64,000 nucleotides of DNA from Eledone cirrhosa (Eukaryota): assembly GCA_964016885.1 (NCBI GenBank), contig OZ024756.1:16616001-16680000 (forward strand). The letters are read 5' to 3'. The translations under genes were made by a program, and so were the position numbers. Shown piece after piece: positions 14,656 to 28,339 of the stretch. The notes beneath the pieces are model-generated. The model worked only from the letters and a program-made list of their open reading frames with translations. It was not told the origin of the DNA and did no database searches. How positions within the stretch are numbered: the first letter of the stretch is position 1; every line of letters starts with the position of its first letter.

Positions 14656-17600
14656 GGATTCTTTTTTAATTAGAAGGTAAGAACTAGGGAGGTAAGTCTT
14701 GAGAGACCACGATTGGATCAAGATTGAATAAAAATAGAAGAAAAATAATTTTTTCTAGCCGACTCAAAGAATCCAATTTCCCTGATATACAAAATAGTCA
14801 GTAAATCAAAGTATACTTCTAGACGTGTTAAGTCATATATATATATAATTTGGTAGACCTGTCTTATATTATATACAGTGAAATTCCGTTATAACGAAAT
14901 TCACAGGGCATAAAAAAATTCGTTGTAATGAAAAATTCTTTATAACAAGATAGACCGAAATAAATCGAGCGTTTCTTTGTTACCTCAGGGATTGAAAAAA
15001 ATTTCGTTATAATGGTATTCGTTATAACGGAATTTTACTGTATAGACATGGTTCCAATGTGGGTGGGATACGGCTCAGCCAACTGACCAGGTCCTCCTCA
15101 TAACGCTCCACCCAGGGTCCCACTATGAGCAAGGTTCAGTGCAGCCACCAGGCCAGACATGGTTCATATCGGGACCGCTCGGTAACATGGCTCCTTTACG
15201 AGTCAGACTTGGTGTGGCCAACTGGCCCAACCTCCCTCATAGCAACCTTGGAAATATAATTGTTTCTACTTTTGGCACAAGGCCAACAATTACCCAGTGC
15301 ATTACTGGTACTTTATTTTATCGAAGCCGTAAGGATGAAAGGTAAAGTTAACCTCGGCGTTATTTGAACTCAGAATGGCAAGGGCCGTAACTCAATGCGT
15401 CAAAGCATGGCGTCCGACCTTCTACCGATAATGCCAATCCGGAAATATAATGAAAGCTGTTACAATAGGACATGGAGGTGTGAAATAATGATATACAATA
15501 GAGCCTCAATTCACGAATGCCTCCCATCACAAACAAATAGGTCCATGAAAACATTTCCGAACATAAAACGTCTTGGCTGACAAACGGTGTCTCTCGTAAC
15601 AAACACACAAGCCAGCAACAACAGTTGGCAACAAGCTGGAAGTATCGGTGGGAAACTGTCACTTGCTGTGTAGTTAATTACTATGGTGATATCTATCTGT
15701 CTTTCACTATCTCTCTCTCTCTCTCAACATTTCGTATGGAAAAAATAGTTCCAGTTTACGAACATTTCAGTCGATGAATGTCCTTCAGGTACGAATTAAG
15801 TTCGTGAGCTGAAGTTCCACTGTAATTGTAATGAAAAGGTTACAATAGGACGTGGAGGTGTGAAATTTACCTTTACAAAAGTCAATGCGTATTTTTGTCC
15901 ATCAAACACACTAGAGATGACTGAGGAAGGAAGGGGTGATTACATCGACTGAGGAAGGAAAGGAAAGGGGGTGTCTAAGCAGCATCTAACATTCGCTACA
16001 CCTGTGTGTGTATATGTATAGCGAATTGGCTACACACATTGGCTGTTATGATTATATGAATGTTTGTGTATGTGTATATGTGTGTTAATATTTATATATA
16101 TTTGTAAGAGTGTATGTGTGTTTATTTAGAAAGATACATCATCATTTCATTTTACGTCCGCTTTTTCCCTGCTTGCAAGGGTGGGACGTGAACTGATTCT
16201 GGCCTGATTTCTACAGCTGGATGCCCTTCCTAACACCAACCTCATTTACAGTGAGTGCTGGGTGCTTTTCTGCCGTGGCACCTCCACGACCACTTTGCAG
16301 TGGAATGATATAGACCCCAGTCCCTATCATCTCATTTCTATAGCTGAGTAAACTGGAGCAATGTGAAATAAAGTGTCTTGCTCAAGGAAACAACACATCA
16401 CCCGGTCTGAGAATAGAACTCACAACCTTTCGATTGCAAAGCCAATGCTCTAACCACTAAGCCATGTGCCTCCATGGACAATAGAATTCCAAACACACAT
16501 GAATCTACACATACATATATATAAACCTAGAAAAAATAATTATTACATACACACACATCTATGTGATGACTGAGGAAGGAGTGGGGTGAGAAACTATAGA
16601 TGTCCAGTGTTTTAAGATTCGTCACAGCTGTGTGTTTGTATGTTTGTATCACTTGTGTGATACACAAAGGAACCAACCAACATTTCTTTTTTTATATTAT
16701 GTATAGATATTGCAATTAGCCATCACTTTTCATGGCAAAGGGCCAGCTAGTAATGAAATAACAGTGGTAACAACAAAGGATACTGGCTATTTGAGACTTC
16801 TTCTATAACATTTTTAATACTTTGTTGGACCCAGCTTTTATGTTTGTCCAGTTGTTTTTCTCGTTCATCCAAAGACTCAATCTCTTTCTTCAAATTCACA
16901 AGACGATCCGAGATTTCCCTTGAATTACAGCCTGGTCCAGCACCCCTTCAAAGAGACAAAATATATATATATATATAAAAGAGGTTACGACAATAGTCTT
17001 TCAGTTATTACAGTAATTTTAATATGAAAAAAAAAACAAAGTTCCAAATCTGTTTCAAGCCCTGAGGCTGATTAGGGTAAAGACTTCCTTCTGTCACGAA
17101 TGACTATGGGATTTGCACCTAGAATATTCCCTCTCCAAAGCACAAGTCCAGGCAAAGTCTGTTTGTGGAAGATCAGCAATACATTCCAGTCCTCCTTTCC
17201 ACGCCACTGATGTTGCCCAAGGAAAAGGCAAAGGCCAATGCAGCTTGGCACCAGTGACATCACAACTCATTTCTTCTGCTGAATGAACTGGAGCAATGTG
17301 AAATAAAGTGTCTTGCTCAAGAACACAACGCAAAGCCAGGTCTGAGAATCGAACTCACAACCTTACCTTTGTAAGCCCAACACTCCAACCACTAACCCAT
17401 GTGCCTTCAGAGGAGGCTGATTAGGCCAGTGCTTATCCTGGTTTTCTTGGCATTAAGCGGTAGAGTACAAGATTCTACCAGGACAAGATGTCAGTCCATT
17501 GCAGCTGCCAGTACTCATTATCAGGTTCAGTATACTGGAACAATGTGAAATGAAGTGTTTTGCTCAAGAACACACCACACAACTCAGTCCAGGAATCGAA

Positions 17601-20600
17601 CCTACATTACGATCGTAAGTCCAACACCTTAACCACCAGGCCACACATATTCACTATTTTAATATAGATTACTATCATTAATAATGGAGATATTACTTTA
17701 ATAATGATCATAATGGAACCAAGTGTATTTAATACAGAACACATTTAACCCTTTAGCATTTATATTACTCTATATTTACTTTTGTATTTCGTTGTAAAGG
17801 CTTTATCTCACATAATATTAAATCTACAAGATTTTGATATTATTTATTTTGAGAACAATACCTTAATGTTGGTATGAGTGGCCGGTTATAACAAGTTTAA
17901 ACAGAAAGAGGTGAATTGGCAGTATAGGTAGAGGGCCGGACATGCTTTCCAGCGTAGTTACGTCCATTTACGATCTGATTTCAAATCCCGCCGAGGTTAA
18001 CTTTGCCTTGCATCCTTACGGGGTCGATAAAATAAAGTACCAGTAATGTACTGGGTAATTGCTGGCCTTGTGCCTAAAGTAGAAACAATTATTGTACTTA
18101 CTTCCATTGGATACTGTTTTTAGATTTCTTCTCTATCAAACCAATTCCTTCTAGAACATTTGTGATGTCATATATCCGTCGTTTCTGTCTTACAGCCAAT
18201 GTATCTGCAGCCTGTCATGGAAATTATAGAGAGTAGAGGGAGGACTTAACCAAGACCACACCACACTACAACACACAACACAACACCATACTACACCACC
18301 ACAATGCACCATGTGTCATGGAAATTATAGAGTAGAGGAAGGACTTAACCAACACACCACACTATAACACAGTACAACACACCACAGAACACCACACAAC
18401 ATCATGCACCACAGTATAACACACTACACTATACCCTGTGTGTCATGGAAATTATAGAGTAGAGAGTGGACTTAACCAACACTACACTACTATATACTAC
18501 ACCACAACACAACACCATACATTACAGCATAACACACTACACTACGCCATCCAGTGTGTCCTATGAAAATTATAGAGATAGGGGACTAACTTAAACAAAC
18601 ATCAGCAACACTAACATACTTGCCACACCACACCAGAACACAGCACCATACAGCACAACAAACTACCATACACCACAACACAATACACATTACACCACCA
18701 TACACCACAACACATCACATTAAGACCATATACTGTAACAAAACAAACCATCACCAAATGGCGAGGACTGTGATGAAAAAAAATAAACGGCCAATCTCGG
18801 TTTTCTCCGAAGTTCCCCCTACGACCACACCCCCGATAATAGATCGTTAATCCGAAAGATTTGGGGAATAAGGAAACTTTCAATCAATCACCCTTCTATT
18901 TTTCTTTCTCTCTCAATTCCCTTCTGATTATTACCTTGACAATCTAACCCACTTGCATTGCACAGCTTTCTATATAAACGGACTTTTCATATGGCGTTAG
19001 GCAGTAATACAAAAGACGCCTTCCCATGCACACGTACTTTAACATACATCTAGTATATACCTCCACCCTCCCACTTCTGTCCACACCACCCTTACACAGT
19101 AAAGTGGACGTGTAGGCGCCACGTCAAAAAGCACCCAGCACACACTGCAAATGTGGTTGACGTTAAGAAGGGCATCCAGCCGTAGAAACCTAGCCAGAAA
19201 CAGTTCAATATGAGCAATACACAGTCACCTGACCCGACTTGCCCCTAATGGGACAACCCGTCTAACCCATACTAATGTGGAAAATGGACGCTAAACAATG
19301 ATGATGATATGTCAGCCTTTCTAGTGTTGGTGATTTACACGATAAACGTCTCCAATACACACTGTAAAGTGGTTGGTGTTAGAAAGCCGTAAAAAGCTTG
19401 CCAAACGAATGGTTGAGAGGATCCTTTAGTCGTGTCAAAGACATGACAGCCTCTCTTAAGACCATACATAAGCGAGATGCAGATCCCTGGTCTGTTTAAG
19501 TGGTCTGTAGCCCCGCTTCAATACTGCCATAGTCTATGTAGACCAGTCGAACCATTACTAACAGGAAAAGCGATAAAACGTTGATGATGCTTATGATACA
19601 CACACATATATATATATAAAATAGAAATGGCTTCTACAGAACTAGAAGTGTTTCCTTCGAAGGAAATCATCAGGAAAGCCCTTCGAATGAAACAGTTCTA
19701 GTCCTGGAGAAGCCATTTCTATATTAAATATTGTATATACTCTACGATGTATTGAGTACCTTACTGTGGTTACCCCCCGATTGAACCCGGGAAATACATA
19801 TACACTGTAAATGAGGTTGGTGTTAGGAAGGGCATCCAGCTGTAGAAATCAAGCCAGAATCAGTTACCGTCCCACCCTTGCAAGCAGGGAAAAGCGGACG
19901 TAAAATGAAGATGATGATGATGATGATGATGTATATGAGAGAGGAAATCAGAACGTGAGCTTATGTAAGAATTATGTACATTATATTACAACTGTTGTTG
20001 TTACTATACAAAAGAGAGACAGTGCTTATATTTGTGTGAATGACGTCACACGACTGTGCGTGTTCTGTATATACACCCCACACTCTCTCTCTCTATCTCA
20101 TTCTAACCGACAAAACAGTATTCTATGTTTAAAACCACGTGTAGTCAATATAAATATAAAGCTGAGAATAAATATTACGGGAGAGGCCGAACCAGCTAGC
20201 GAACTGACTAACCAACCTAAACCCACACGTGCTTTAATGGAACGGTCTCAGAGCATTCTTATTCTCCTCCTTCACAAACACTAATATTCTTGTACTCTTT
20301 TACAGGTTTTAGACATTGACTGCGGTCATGCTGGGGCACAACCATAAAGAGGTTTAGTCGATCATATCGATCCCCCTTTTTTTTTTCCAAGTCACGTATT
20401 TATTTTATTGATCTTTTATTTTGCCGAATCTCTAAGTTACGAGACAAACAGAAAATCCACACACATGTGTATGTGTGTTTATATATACATTCACACGTGA
20501 GTGTATATGTATGTGCAACGGATTTCAGTCTACTGAATTTCACAAGCCATTGGGTCAAGTAATGGTGGTGATAGTAGTAGTAGTAGTAGTGGTGGTAGTG

Positions 20601-23600
20601 GTGGTGATGGTAGTAGTAGTAGTGGTGATAGTAGTAGTAGTGGTGATGGTAGTAATAGTAGTAGTGGTGATAGTAGTAGTCGTGATGGTAATGACAGAAG
20701 GCAACTAAGTATAAGTTAACCACTATGACAAAAGTAGTGGTGGCAGTGATAGTAAGAGTGGTTGTGGGAAGAGCAAGGGGCGGTGTTTTTGTTATTGAAG
20801 TTGATCCCACGTGGTGTTTGATTTTCAAAAAAAAAATGTGTTGAACAGAGTCGCCGTTAGTGTCAGTAATGGTGTCTGGACTAAAGGAGATACAAGAGTG
20901 TGTGTTGGGCCTCCGTCGCTCCCGACGATCAATGTTCCAGCCTGTTCGTGAAATTACAGTGTGGCCGAGCCTTCCAGATACGTGTATCATTAACATAGTT
21001 TTCAGGGAGATTCAGCATGACACTGACAGGGCTGTCTTTTAGTCACGGTCGTGTACAATTAATGTAAGTTCTCAGGGAGATTCAGTACCTGACAGGGCTG
21101 TCCCTTTCAATTTACAGACGAGGTCCATCTTGTATTATAATACAAGTGACTGAGCATTCCATGGCCATGTACCCTTAATGTAAGTTGTCAGGGAGATTCA
21201 GTGTGACATACACACATTTAATTACAGGCACAACTCATTTATTTCCAGCTGAATGGACTGGTTGGCCCAGTGGCTTTCTGTTAATCAAACAGAAAACGCG
21301 TTACTGTCTACCTACCGATATATTTATAAAGAAAGATATCTATCTATCAATAAAGAAATATATATATATATCTATTTATTTTGTATTTAACAATCATCAT
21401 ATAACCATCTGCCCTTCCCCCTCCCTTCAACGGAGCCAGAAACATCTGCAGATCTTTGAATGTATCAACATCTGTTAAACTCTATGAATGTCTAAATGAC
21501 AACATCCATCCATCCATCTACTTAGTCTATCTGAGTCAATAAACATCTATATTTACCTCTCCATCCACCAACTTGTATATCTTTCTACCCATATATCCAT
21601 CTATCTCCGTCCACCTGTCTGACTCTCTATATTTATCTCTCCATCCACCAACTTATATATCTTTCTACCCACCTGTATATCTATATCTTTCTAGCCATCT
21701 ACCCACCTATCTATGAATCTGCCCATCCATCCAGCTATCTATCCCCGTCCGTCCGTCTGTCTATTTACCTGAGCCAATATCTATACCCATCTTTCTTTCT
21801 ATCCATCTATATATTCATCTACCTACATGTACATCTGTAATGGCACGAGTGAATGGGCCTTCTCTGTATATAAACCTGTAGGTTGAAGAGGACAAAAGAG
21901 GGAAGACGGGAACACCTACAAAACGTGCTCCTGGTGTTAAGGGCTGTTCTATCTACAGAGTGTAAAACAATCCTGCAGAAACGTTCCTCCTTATTGGGGA
22001 TTTCGATTGTTTAATTTTTATTGTTATAACCTTTTTACACGATTTTATGTAAATAAACCCCAAAAAACCCTCGCTGCCACGTCTTGTAATGTCCCGTTTC
22101 TTGAAAGCCCTTATGGCAAATAAAGAAACATCTATATAGCATCAAAAACACATGTGAAACAAGTCAGTAAGCGTGTCTCTGACGTGGTCGTTTAGCATGC
22201 TAGAAATAGCTGCTTGAAATGGAAAGTGCACGTTTGATAATAATAATCCTGGATACACGGTCTGAAAAATTTGATAGAATGGTCATAGTTGGAACGCTTT
22301 GATAGTACATCTGTATAACCAGAGCTGATCTGAGTGTAAAACATCAATCAACATCAGCAAAGATACTTCTATACGGTCGCTAGACCTGTTAGAAAAAGCA
22401 GCTAAACCCCCCATAACATCTTACTTAAACATTTTAGGAAGAAAACTTTGAATAATCTAATCCTAGATATATTACGTTCTAAGTTCAAACTCCACCGAGG
22501 TTAGCTTTGCCTTTCAGCCTTACAGGATCGGTAAATTAAAGTACCAGTAATGCACCGGGATCGATTTTCCCCTCCCCCTTCAAATTGCTGACCTTGTGCA
22601 TCAAGTAGAAACAATTATTTGTGAAAACAAGACGGTCTGGTAAACCTGTGACATGAGGTTAAACTCAAACATAGAAAAACGTTTAGATGTATCTCATCAG
22701 AGAGTTTATATCTAAAACTTTCAAGAACATCTAAGGATATTCCTTTGAGGTGTTCCATTGTTAGTTGTACGTTGGAAATTTAACCATGATTATAACAGGA
22801 CCTATTTCACTATGTATCCACAAAGTATGAAATGCACTTTCATTTCGAATTAGAAATAATTTTAATAATATAAATTACGAAATTCACTATACTAAACATT
22901 TTAATCAGCTAATTAATACATAATTTTAATTACATAAATTAAGAAAATACACATTTTAATCTTTAAATTATATTAGAGTAATGTCTTATGAAGGAAATAA
23001 GATGGAAGAAAGGTCTTTTCCTATTCTCAGCCTAATAAAACTCCTGTAGATATTTAGTGAATCGTGGAAAAAACTGAAATCGAGTGGGATGTTCTACAAT
23101 AAGACCGTAAAATTAAGATGGAACTAAATTTAAATACAGAATACAAAACTAAAGAATTGATGTTAAACCGCCAACTCTATCGTGGTGGTCATAATCTGTT
23201 CACTTTCACTTTCAACGTACCTATACATTCGGTTAACAAACTAATGTAATTATTAGCAGAGTCAAATAAATGGACATTGAAAAAATGCGGATAGAGAATT
23301 GTTTCTATTAAAATTAAGTCCACAAGCAATTAAAAAAAGAGATACGTTTTAAGTAAACATTACGCATCATTGAATTTCGGTCATCTCCGGGAATCGCCAA
23401 ATGAAGACAATAAAATAAAAATGAATGGTACCTGACTGATCGATATCTGAGTAAATTCTGAATGATTTATTAGTAAAAGAAAAGGTGCGATATTGCAATG
23501 TGCACAGAGCAACATTTTATCTCTTTTCCACGAACTGCAGAGGCTGACTATGAAGGAGTGATGCTAGGGCTGTGAAATCTGGCATACATTAATTTCAACT

Positions 23601-24356
23601 CATATTAATAATAACTGTTGAAAAATAAACCACATTCAGTCATTAGATGAGAGTATCTTGGTCAGCCTATGAACTTTTCAGCCGACCCTTGTATGTGAAT
23701 TCGGAAAGATATAGTAAAAGAAAATGTTTGAAATTAAGTTATGAGAAAATATGACAGAAAATGTTTGCAACTGATTTAAACAAATTGCTTTGATTTGGAA
23801 ATTGCCAATATTATGATTATTTTGGTGAAATACAAACATATTTTGTTTTACAGTTGTAGAAATGACATTAGGTTCCATGACATCCTATGATAACCTCATT
23901 GATATTAATAACAATATGAAAGTGGAAGAAGGTATGATACAAATTTCTCGAGTCTACATTTAAGCCGCTACAAATACACATCGAAAGTATTCAGTAAATG
24001 AAAGCATTAACAAATGGAACTATGCATTAATGAAAGTGTAAACATTTTAATGAATTATTTGTAATTTTATCATAATATTAAAAAATATACATTAGGAAAG
24101 TTAGGAGGAAAAAAATCGGTAGTTATGCCAAAATCTGAAGAAAAAAAAAAAAAAAAATACAGATATTTTCCGGAAAATAAAGTTACAAGAAGGTATTTAT
24201 TCGGAAACTTCGGTGGGGGTTTTTTTTTTATGAACTTAAAAATTTCCATTCTCAATTTTACGGTTCACAACGAACACCAGAGAATTCTATAAACCTATAA
24301 TTGATAATTATTTCAAAACAAAAACACTATTGACATAAATGGAAGAAAATTTAACC

Positions 24357-24402
<46 letters not shown>

Positions 24403-25141
24403 TGTGTGTAAAAAGTAAACGGGGAAAAAACACGACGAAGTTCAATGAAGATATATATTAGTTTCACGCGTAATATAGTAGGAAAAGGCTTAACGTATCG
24501 GACACTAGATCTTCGTCAGAAAATAAAAAGAGAAATTAAAGAAGAAATAGAAAGATAGAGGAGAATGAGCAGGGGTAGAAACGAAAATATATATTTGACT
24601 TATGTTACTCTGAAAATTTTTGAACGGGAAACTATCGTTATGAGCCGGAAATAATTAAAAGTGGTAACAATTTGAAATGGATCACCGTTATTTGTCAGAA
24701 TCGAAAACAACTTTTTTGTTTGTTTTTGTAGCTTTTTTCGATTATTTTTTTTATTTAAATTTATAATTTTTCTTTTATATATATTCTTATTTTTATTATC
24801 TGTTTACGTCAATAGATAAGTGTCAGAGACAAACAAGAAATGACTTGTTTATATATATATATATATATATATTTATATAAACATACACATTACACACACG
24901 CATATATATATATACATACAAACCACAATACATTAACACATGTAGTAGTCTGTACATATACATGTGTGTATATATATATATATATGTGTGTGTGTAAAAG
25001 ACACGACGGTTGTTAACTCACCACTTTTAGATCGAGTACTCCATCTTTGGCTTCCTGTAACAAAGATACAAATTTAGTGGTGAGAAGTCCAAGACTTTTC
25101 TCGTGGCGACTGGGTGTGGTGTGATCCGTGGCAGCCATCAT
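2520..25141 (-). CDS. E2F4: E2F4/5-family transcription factor, paralog A, 3'-incomplete in window: exons 25022-25141, 18102-18211, 16784-16945, 14041-14149, 7569-7784, 2520-2631
   Basis: Six exons join in frame (829 nt, no stops) and are homologous exon for exon to paralog B. No Rb-binding exon was found at 1-2519, so the gene probably continues beyond the window edge. Confidence 0.92.
3388..3727 (-). mobile_element. SINE fragment with internal 49-bp tandem repeats, interrupting the first unit of the 60-bp satellite
   Basis: GACCACTTTACAGTG...GGCACCTCCAT repeated about 4 times; a similar expansion is at 46880-47160. Confidence 0.7.
3728..7168. repeat. 60-bp tandem satellite, about 57 copies, in intron 5 of paralog A
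   Basis: Unit CATACATCCCACATCTTGAGACACACGAGGCAGCTAAAGTATTCCA(A/G)TGACCACGGTCAGTTGTATCTAT, almost invariant. Confidence 0.98.
7569..7784 (-). CDS. E2F4: E2F4/5 paralog A exon 5 ([21 protein letters not shown]...TPQKLKK)
   Basis: Poly-T CTTCCAG acceptor, AAG|GTAAAT donor, 216 nt. Confidence 0.9.
7842..9258 (+). mobile_element. Decayed piggyBac transposon with transposase pseudogene (PGBD4-like) and two nested SINEs (8820-9210)
   Basis: TTAA-CCCTTTAG ... CTAAAGGG-TTAA termini. Acidic N-terminus, then [25 protein letters not shown] and MQAFF..IMFGI..P..RSTD..IMP..YLHL with stops and frameshifts. Confidence 0.85.
9735..13858. repeat. 37/39/41-bp minisatellite with embedded (CA)n, about 100 copies, in intron 4 of paralog A
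   Basis: Unit CACATG(C/T)CTGTACCAGTGCAGTCTTCTC(CA)nTAT; it has no stop codon on +, hence the spurious 1300-1400 aa ORFs in all three frames. Confidence 0.98.
14041..14149 (-). CDS. E2F4: E2F4/5 paralog A exon 4 ([36 protein letters not shown])
   Basis: 109 nt, preceded by U12 branch site TTCCTTGAC and CAG; GTAAGT donor. Confidence 0.92.
14150..16783 (-). other. U12-type (minor spliceosome) GT-AG intron 3 of paralog A
   Basis: 5' site GTATCCTTT; branch site TTCCTTGAC about 12 nt before the AG; no long polypyrimidine tract. Animal E2F genes are known carriers of U12 introns. Confidence 0.9.
14876..15040. mobile_element. Tigger/mariner-type MITE (partial copy at about 14296-14415)
   Basis: TA-CAGTGAAATTCCGTTATAACGAA ... 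TTCGTTATAACGGAATTTTACTG-TA. Confidence 0.8.
16784..16945 (-). CDS. E2F4: E2F4/5 paralog A exon 3 ([53 protein letters not shown])
   Basis: 162 nt, AAG acceptor, followed by U12-type donor GTATCCTTT. Confidence 0.92.
18102..18211 (-). CDS. E2F4: E2F4/5 paralog A exon 2 ([37 protein letters not shown])
   Basis: 110 nt, CAG acceptor and GTAAGT donor; nucleotide-identical to 44360-44469. Confidence 0.95.
18212..18630. repeat. Degenerate tandem copies of the exon 2 acceptor region in paralog A intron 1
   Basis: GTCATGGAAATTATAGAGTAGAG..GACTTAACC recurs at about 18213, 18314, 18441 and 18557. Confidence 0.8.
19620..19795. mobile_element. Penelope-like inverted pLTR fragment with hammerhead motif (family also at about 25905, 26760-26950, 56000-56175, 61556-61750)
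   Basis: Inverted-repeat arms containing CTGATGA-stem-GAAAC, inserted next to TA repeats. Confidence 0.65.
25022..25141 (-). CDS. E2F4: E2F4/5 paralog A exon 1 ([40 protein letters not shown])
   Basis: 120 nt, GTGAGT donor, canonical E2F4/5 N-terminus. Confidence 0.93.
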
Positions 25142-26187
25142 TTAGCAAAATAAGTCACCAACCGTTTGGTTGGACGAACTAACAGCGTACTGGGGTACGA
25201 GGATTGAAAAACTCAACACACCACCACTACCACCTTAAAAGTGCTGTATCCTCCTCTTTCTACTACTCTTATTCTCCCCCCTCTCTCTCTCTCTCTTTCT
25301 TCTTTTCCTCCTACTCCTCTCGTTCATGCTTACCATAGCTGCTGCTGTTACTACGATTGCTGATACTGCTAGAGACACACACATACATCTACTGGTGCTT
25401 GAAACACCTTGCAGAGATGACCGAGTATGTCTGTCTGTCTGTCTGTCTATATGTATGTATGTATATATGTGTGTGTGTTGGATCTCTGTCGGTTAAAATG
25501 ATGAGTGTTCCAGTTATTCGAACAACGAGGAATTAGCGTGCAAGTGGATCAGCATTCCACAAACACGTCGTTCTCCTGAAGGTACAGCGTGTGACGAGCC
25601 ATGCTGTTTTTTCCAGTCGAGTGGACAGGGACATTGTGCAATAGTGTGTTTGTTGCTTAAGGACACAATGAATCGAACTCACGACTTTATGATCACGAGT
25701 CCTTGACCTTAACCACTAAGCTGACTATGACAATCACACTGAAAGGTGATGATGCACCTTTCGTCGGTTTTAACGATGATCACTCAGATCGATCAACTGA
25801 ACGTCCAACTCTAGAATTAATGTGTAAGGTGGTTGAGTATTCCGGACGTGTACGCGGATGTATAATATACTGACACACACATTCATAAATATATCTAATA
25901 TTTAATATAGAAAAGGCTTCTACAGGACTAGAACTGTTTCATTCGGGAGAAATAAGGATTACACACGCACACACACATCTATAGTGAGATGCGCGAACAT
26001 GCAACACAGAAATATTTAGATACGTATAGTGATGATAATCATGTTTAGTCCTAGTTCAACCATAATCCATGAAACCTATCAAAATCCTTCTAGCTATCAC
26101 CATCCCGTCCTCTTGCTTATCACTGTTCAGTGAGTCCTTTAAGACAAGTGTGTACGATTTTATGGAAATTTGGTTGCTATTTCTAAC

Positions 26188-26227
<40 letters not shown>

Positions 26228-26273
26228 CGAGCTGAAGATCCGCTTAAGGTGAACTAACTTTTGTGGAACTACT

Positions 26274-26534
26274 ATCAAAAGATGGTTAAAAGAGTTCCAT
26301 GTATTTTATTATGCGTATTTCAAAAACAAATATCATTATGCGATGACATTTGCGTTTTCGTCCGATAAAATAGCGAGATTATATGTTGATTTAAAACTGC
26401 ACTATTCACAAGTGTTTTTTAACCTTCATATTATGTCTCCCTATTTTATCTGACGAAAACGCAAACGTCATCGCATATTTGTTTTTGAAATGCGCATAAT
26501 AAAATACATGGAACTCTTTTAACCATCTTTTGAT
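26274..26534. mobile_element. About 260-bp imperfect palindrome carrying a hammerhead ribozyme (Penelope-like)
   Basis: ATCAAAAGATGGTTAAAAGAGTTCCATGTATTTTATTATGCG ... CGCATAATAAAATACATGGAACTCTTTTAACCATCTTTTGAT. Confidence 0.75.
26442..26506 (+). ncRNA. Type I hammerhead ribozyme with minimal palindromic stem III
   Basis: Stem I TATTTTAT/ATAAAATA (8 bp), core CTGACGA, stem II AAACGCAAA/TTTGTTTTT, GAAA, stem III ATGCGCAT; predicted cleavage after A26498. Confidence 0.75.
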
Positions 26535-26772
26535 CTTATATATTATATGTATATATATATAATACACACAAAATATATATCATCATCATCATTTAGCGTC
26601 TGTTATGAGACAAGTCTGGCCAGCTCGTTACGCGGTACCTTGTTCAGACGGAAATATATTTTCCAGTTTAAGGAAACGACAAAGCAGATACTAAGTCTTA
26701 GTTTCACACACACACACACATATACAAAGTTGACGGGACTAGCATAGTTGTGTTGGGGGAAGGGGTAACCAC

Positions 26773-26812
<40 letters not shown>

Positions 26813-28339
26813 TACCCATGTATTGGGTAAAGTATAGGCATCTTTATTATTATTATAAAAACGACTTCTACAGGACTAGAACAGTTTCATTCGTATGAAA
26901 TCATCAGAACATTTTAAACAGTTCTAGTGCTGTAGAAGTCATTTCTATATATAATAAAGACATATAAGTTCAAGAAATAACAAGACAAACTCTCATTAGT
27001 TTCATGCTTATTAGTGTGTTTGTGTAAAACAATGGGTCAAGAGGACTTTTAAGTTGAGCCAAGAACATGATAACCTGTTTAGTGTTGGCATCCGGATGTA
27101 GGAAATTTGTGAAACAGAGACGAAAACGTTCCAGTTAATGATATGACAAGCTCCCTAGTGTTGGTGGCACAGCAGAAAAAAAAGGGGGGGGGGGATGTGA
27201 CATCTGTAACAGAGGCTGTCACAACAGTAATAAAAGACCTGTTGTGACATAGATACAACCTCTGTAACAAATACTGTCACTCCCACATTGATCTGGCCAC
27301 AATTGCAATAAACAGACAGATGTAACCTCTGCAAGAGACCATTACTCCAGCATTTAAAATTATGGCCAGTGTCTTTTGTCAGAAATATGGTAATGGAAGA
27401 ATTAAAGACAGGGTCTTTCATTAGAAATATAGTAATGAAAGGATTAAAAGAGAACTGACTATAAGTTGTGTTACATATATATATTCATTCTCTTCACATG
27501 TCCAAGACTGACCATAAATCTGCACCTGAAAATTTCCTGTCCAGGTCTCTTTCTAGAAGATCAGCAAGTCATCCATACAAGCCAGACTCCTCTCTCCACA
27601 CCACCAATATTGTCCAAGAACTGATACAGCTTAGCATCAATGTCATCACAGAAAAACTTGGAACACACTAGGCTGAAAGCTATGCTGCCTGCCATCTCGT
27701 CCAATGCTCTAACAATTCAGCATAACCACTGCCCTAAACTTTAATAACGAATGTGAGAATGAAAAGCAGAGTTAACCGCAGTGGGATTTGAACTCAAGAA
27801 TGCAGAGAGCCAGAACAAATACTGAAGGACTTATCTGATGCTCTAATGATCCTCCTTTCATTTCCATATTTCTAATGATTATAATGTGGAAAATAATATA
27901 ACTAACTTTCTCACTGTCCATTACCATATTTCTAATGAAAGATAGCTGATGATTTTAAAATAATTTTCAAAAACAAAGAATTTGGTGGGATTTAGTTAAG
28001 TAACTAACTTTCTCATTAAGCTAGTGTTTGAAACAAAGATTCTTACATAGAATTGTGATGGAGGGTTTTTAGATAAATATAAACACTTTAAAACAAATAT
28101 AGGCAACAGGGTGTTGTAGTTTGCTTGAAGCATTGTGGAATAGGAAATACAAATTTAAATAAGTTTAAATATTTGAAAGCCCTACAATGCTTACAAGATT
28201 AAAGGTGCCAAGGAGTTATAGAAGAAAGAATGAGGACTATAGAATTTTACCTAAGAAAATTTAATCATCTCAAATATTTTCGGGATTAAAAACCCATTAT
28301 CAAGAGAGGATCCTAAATTATTTAAATTTGTAAATATAG

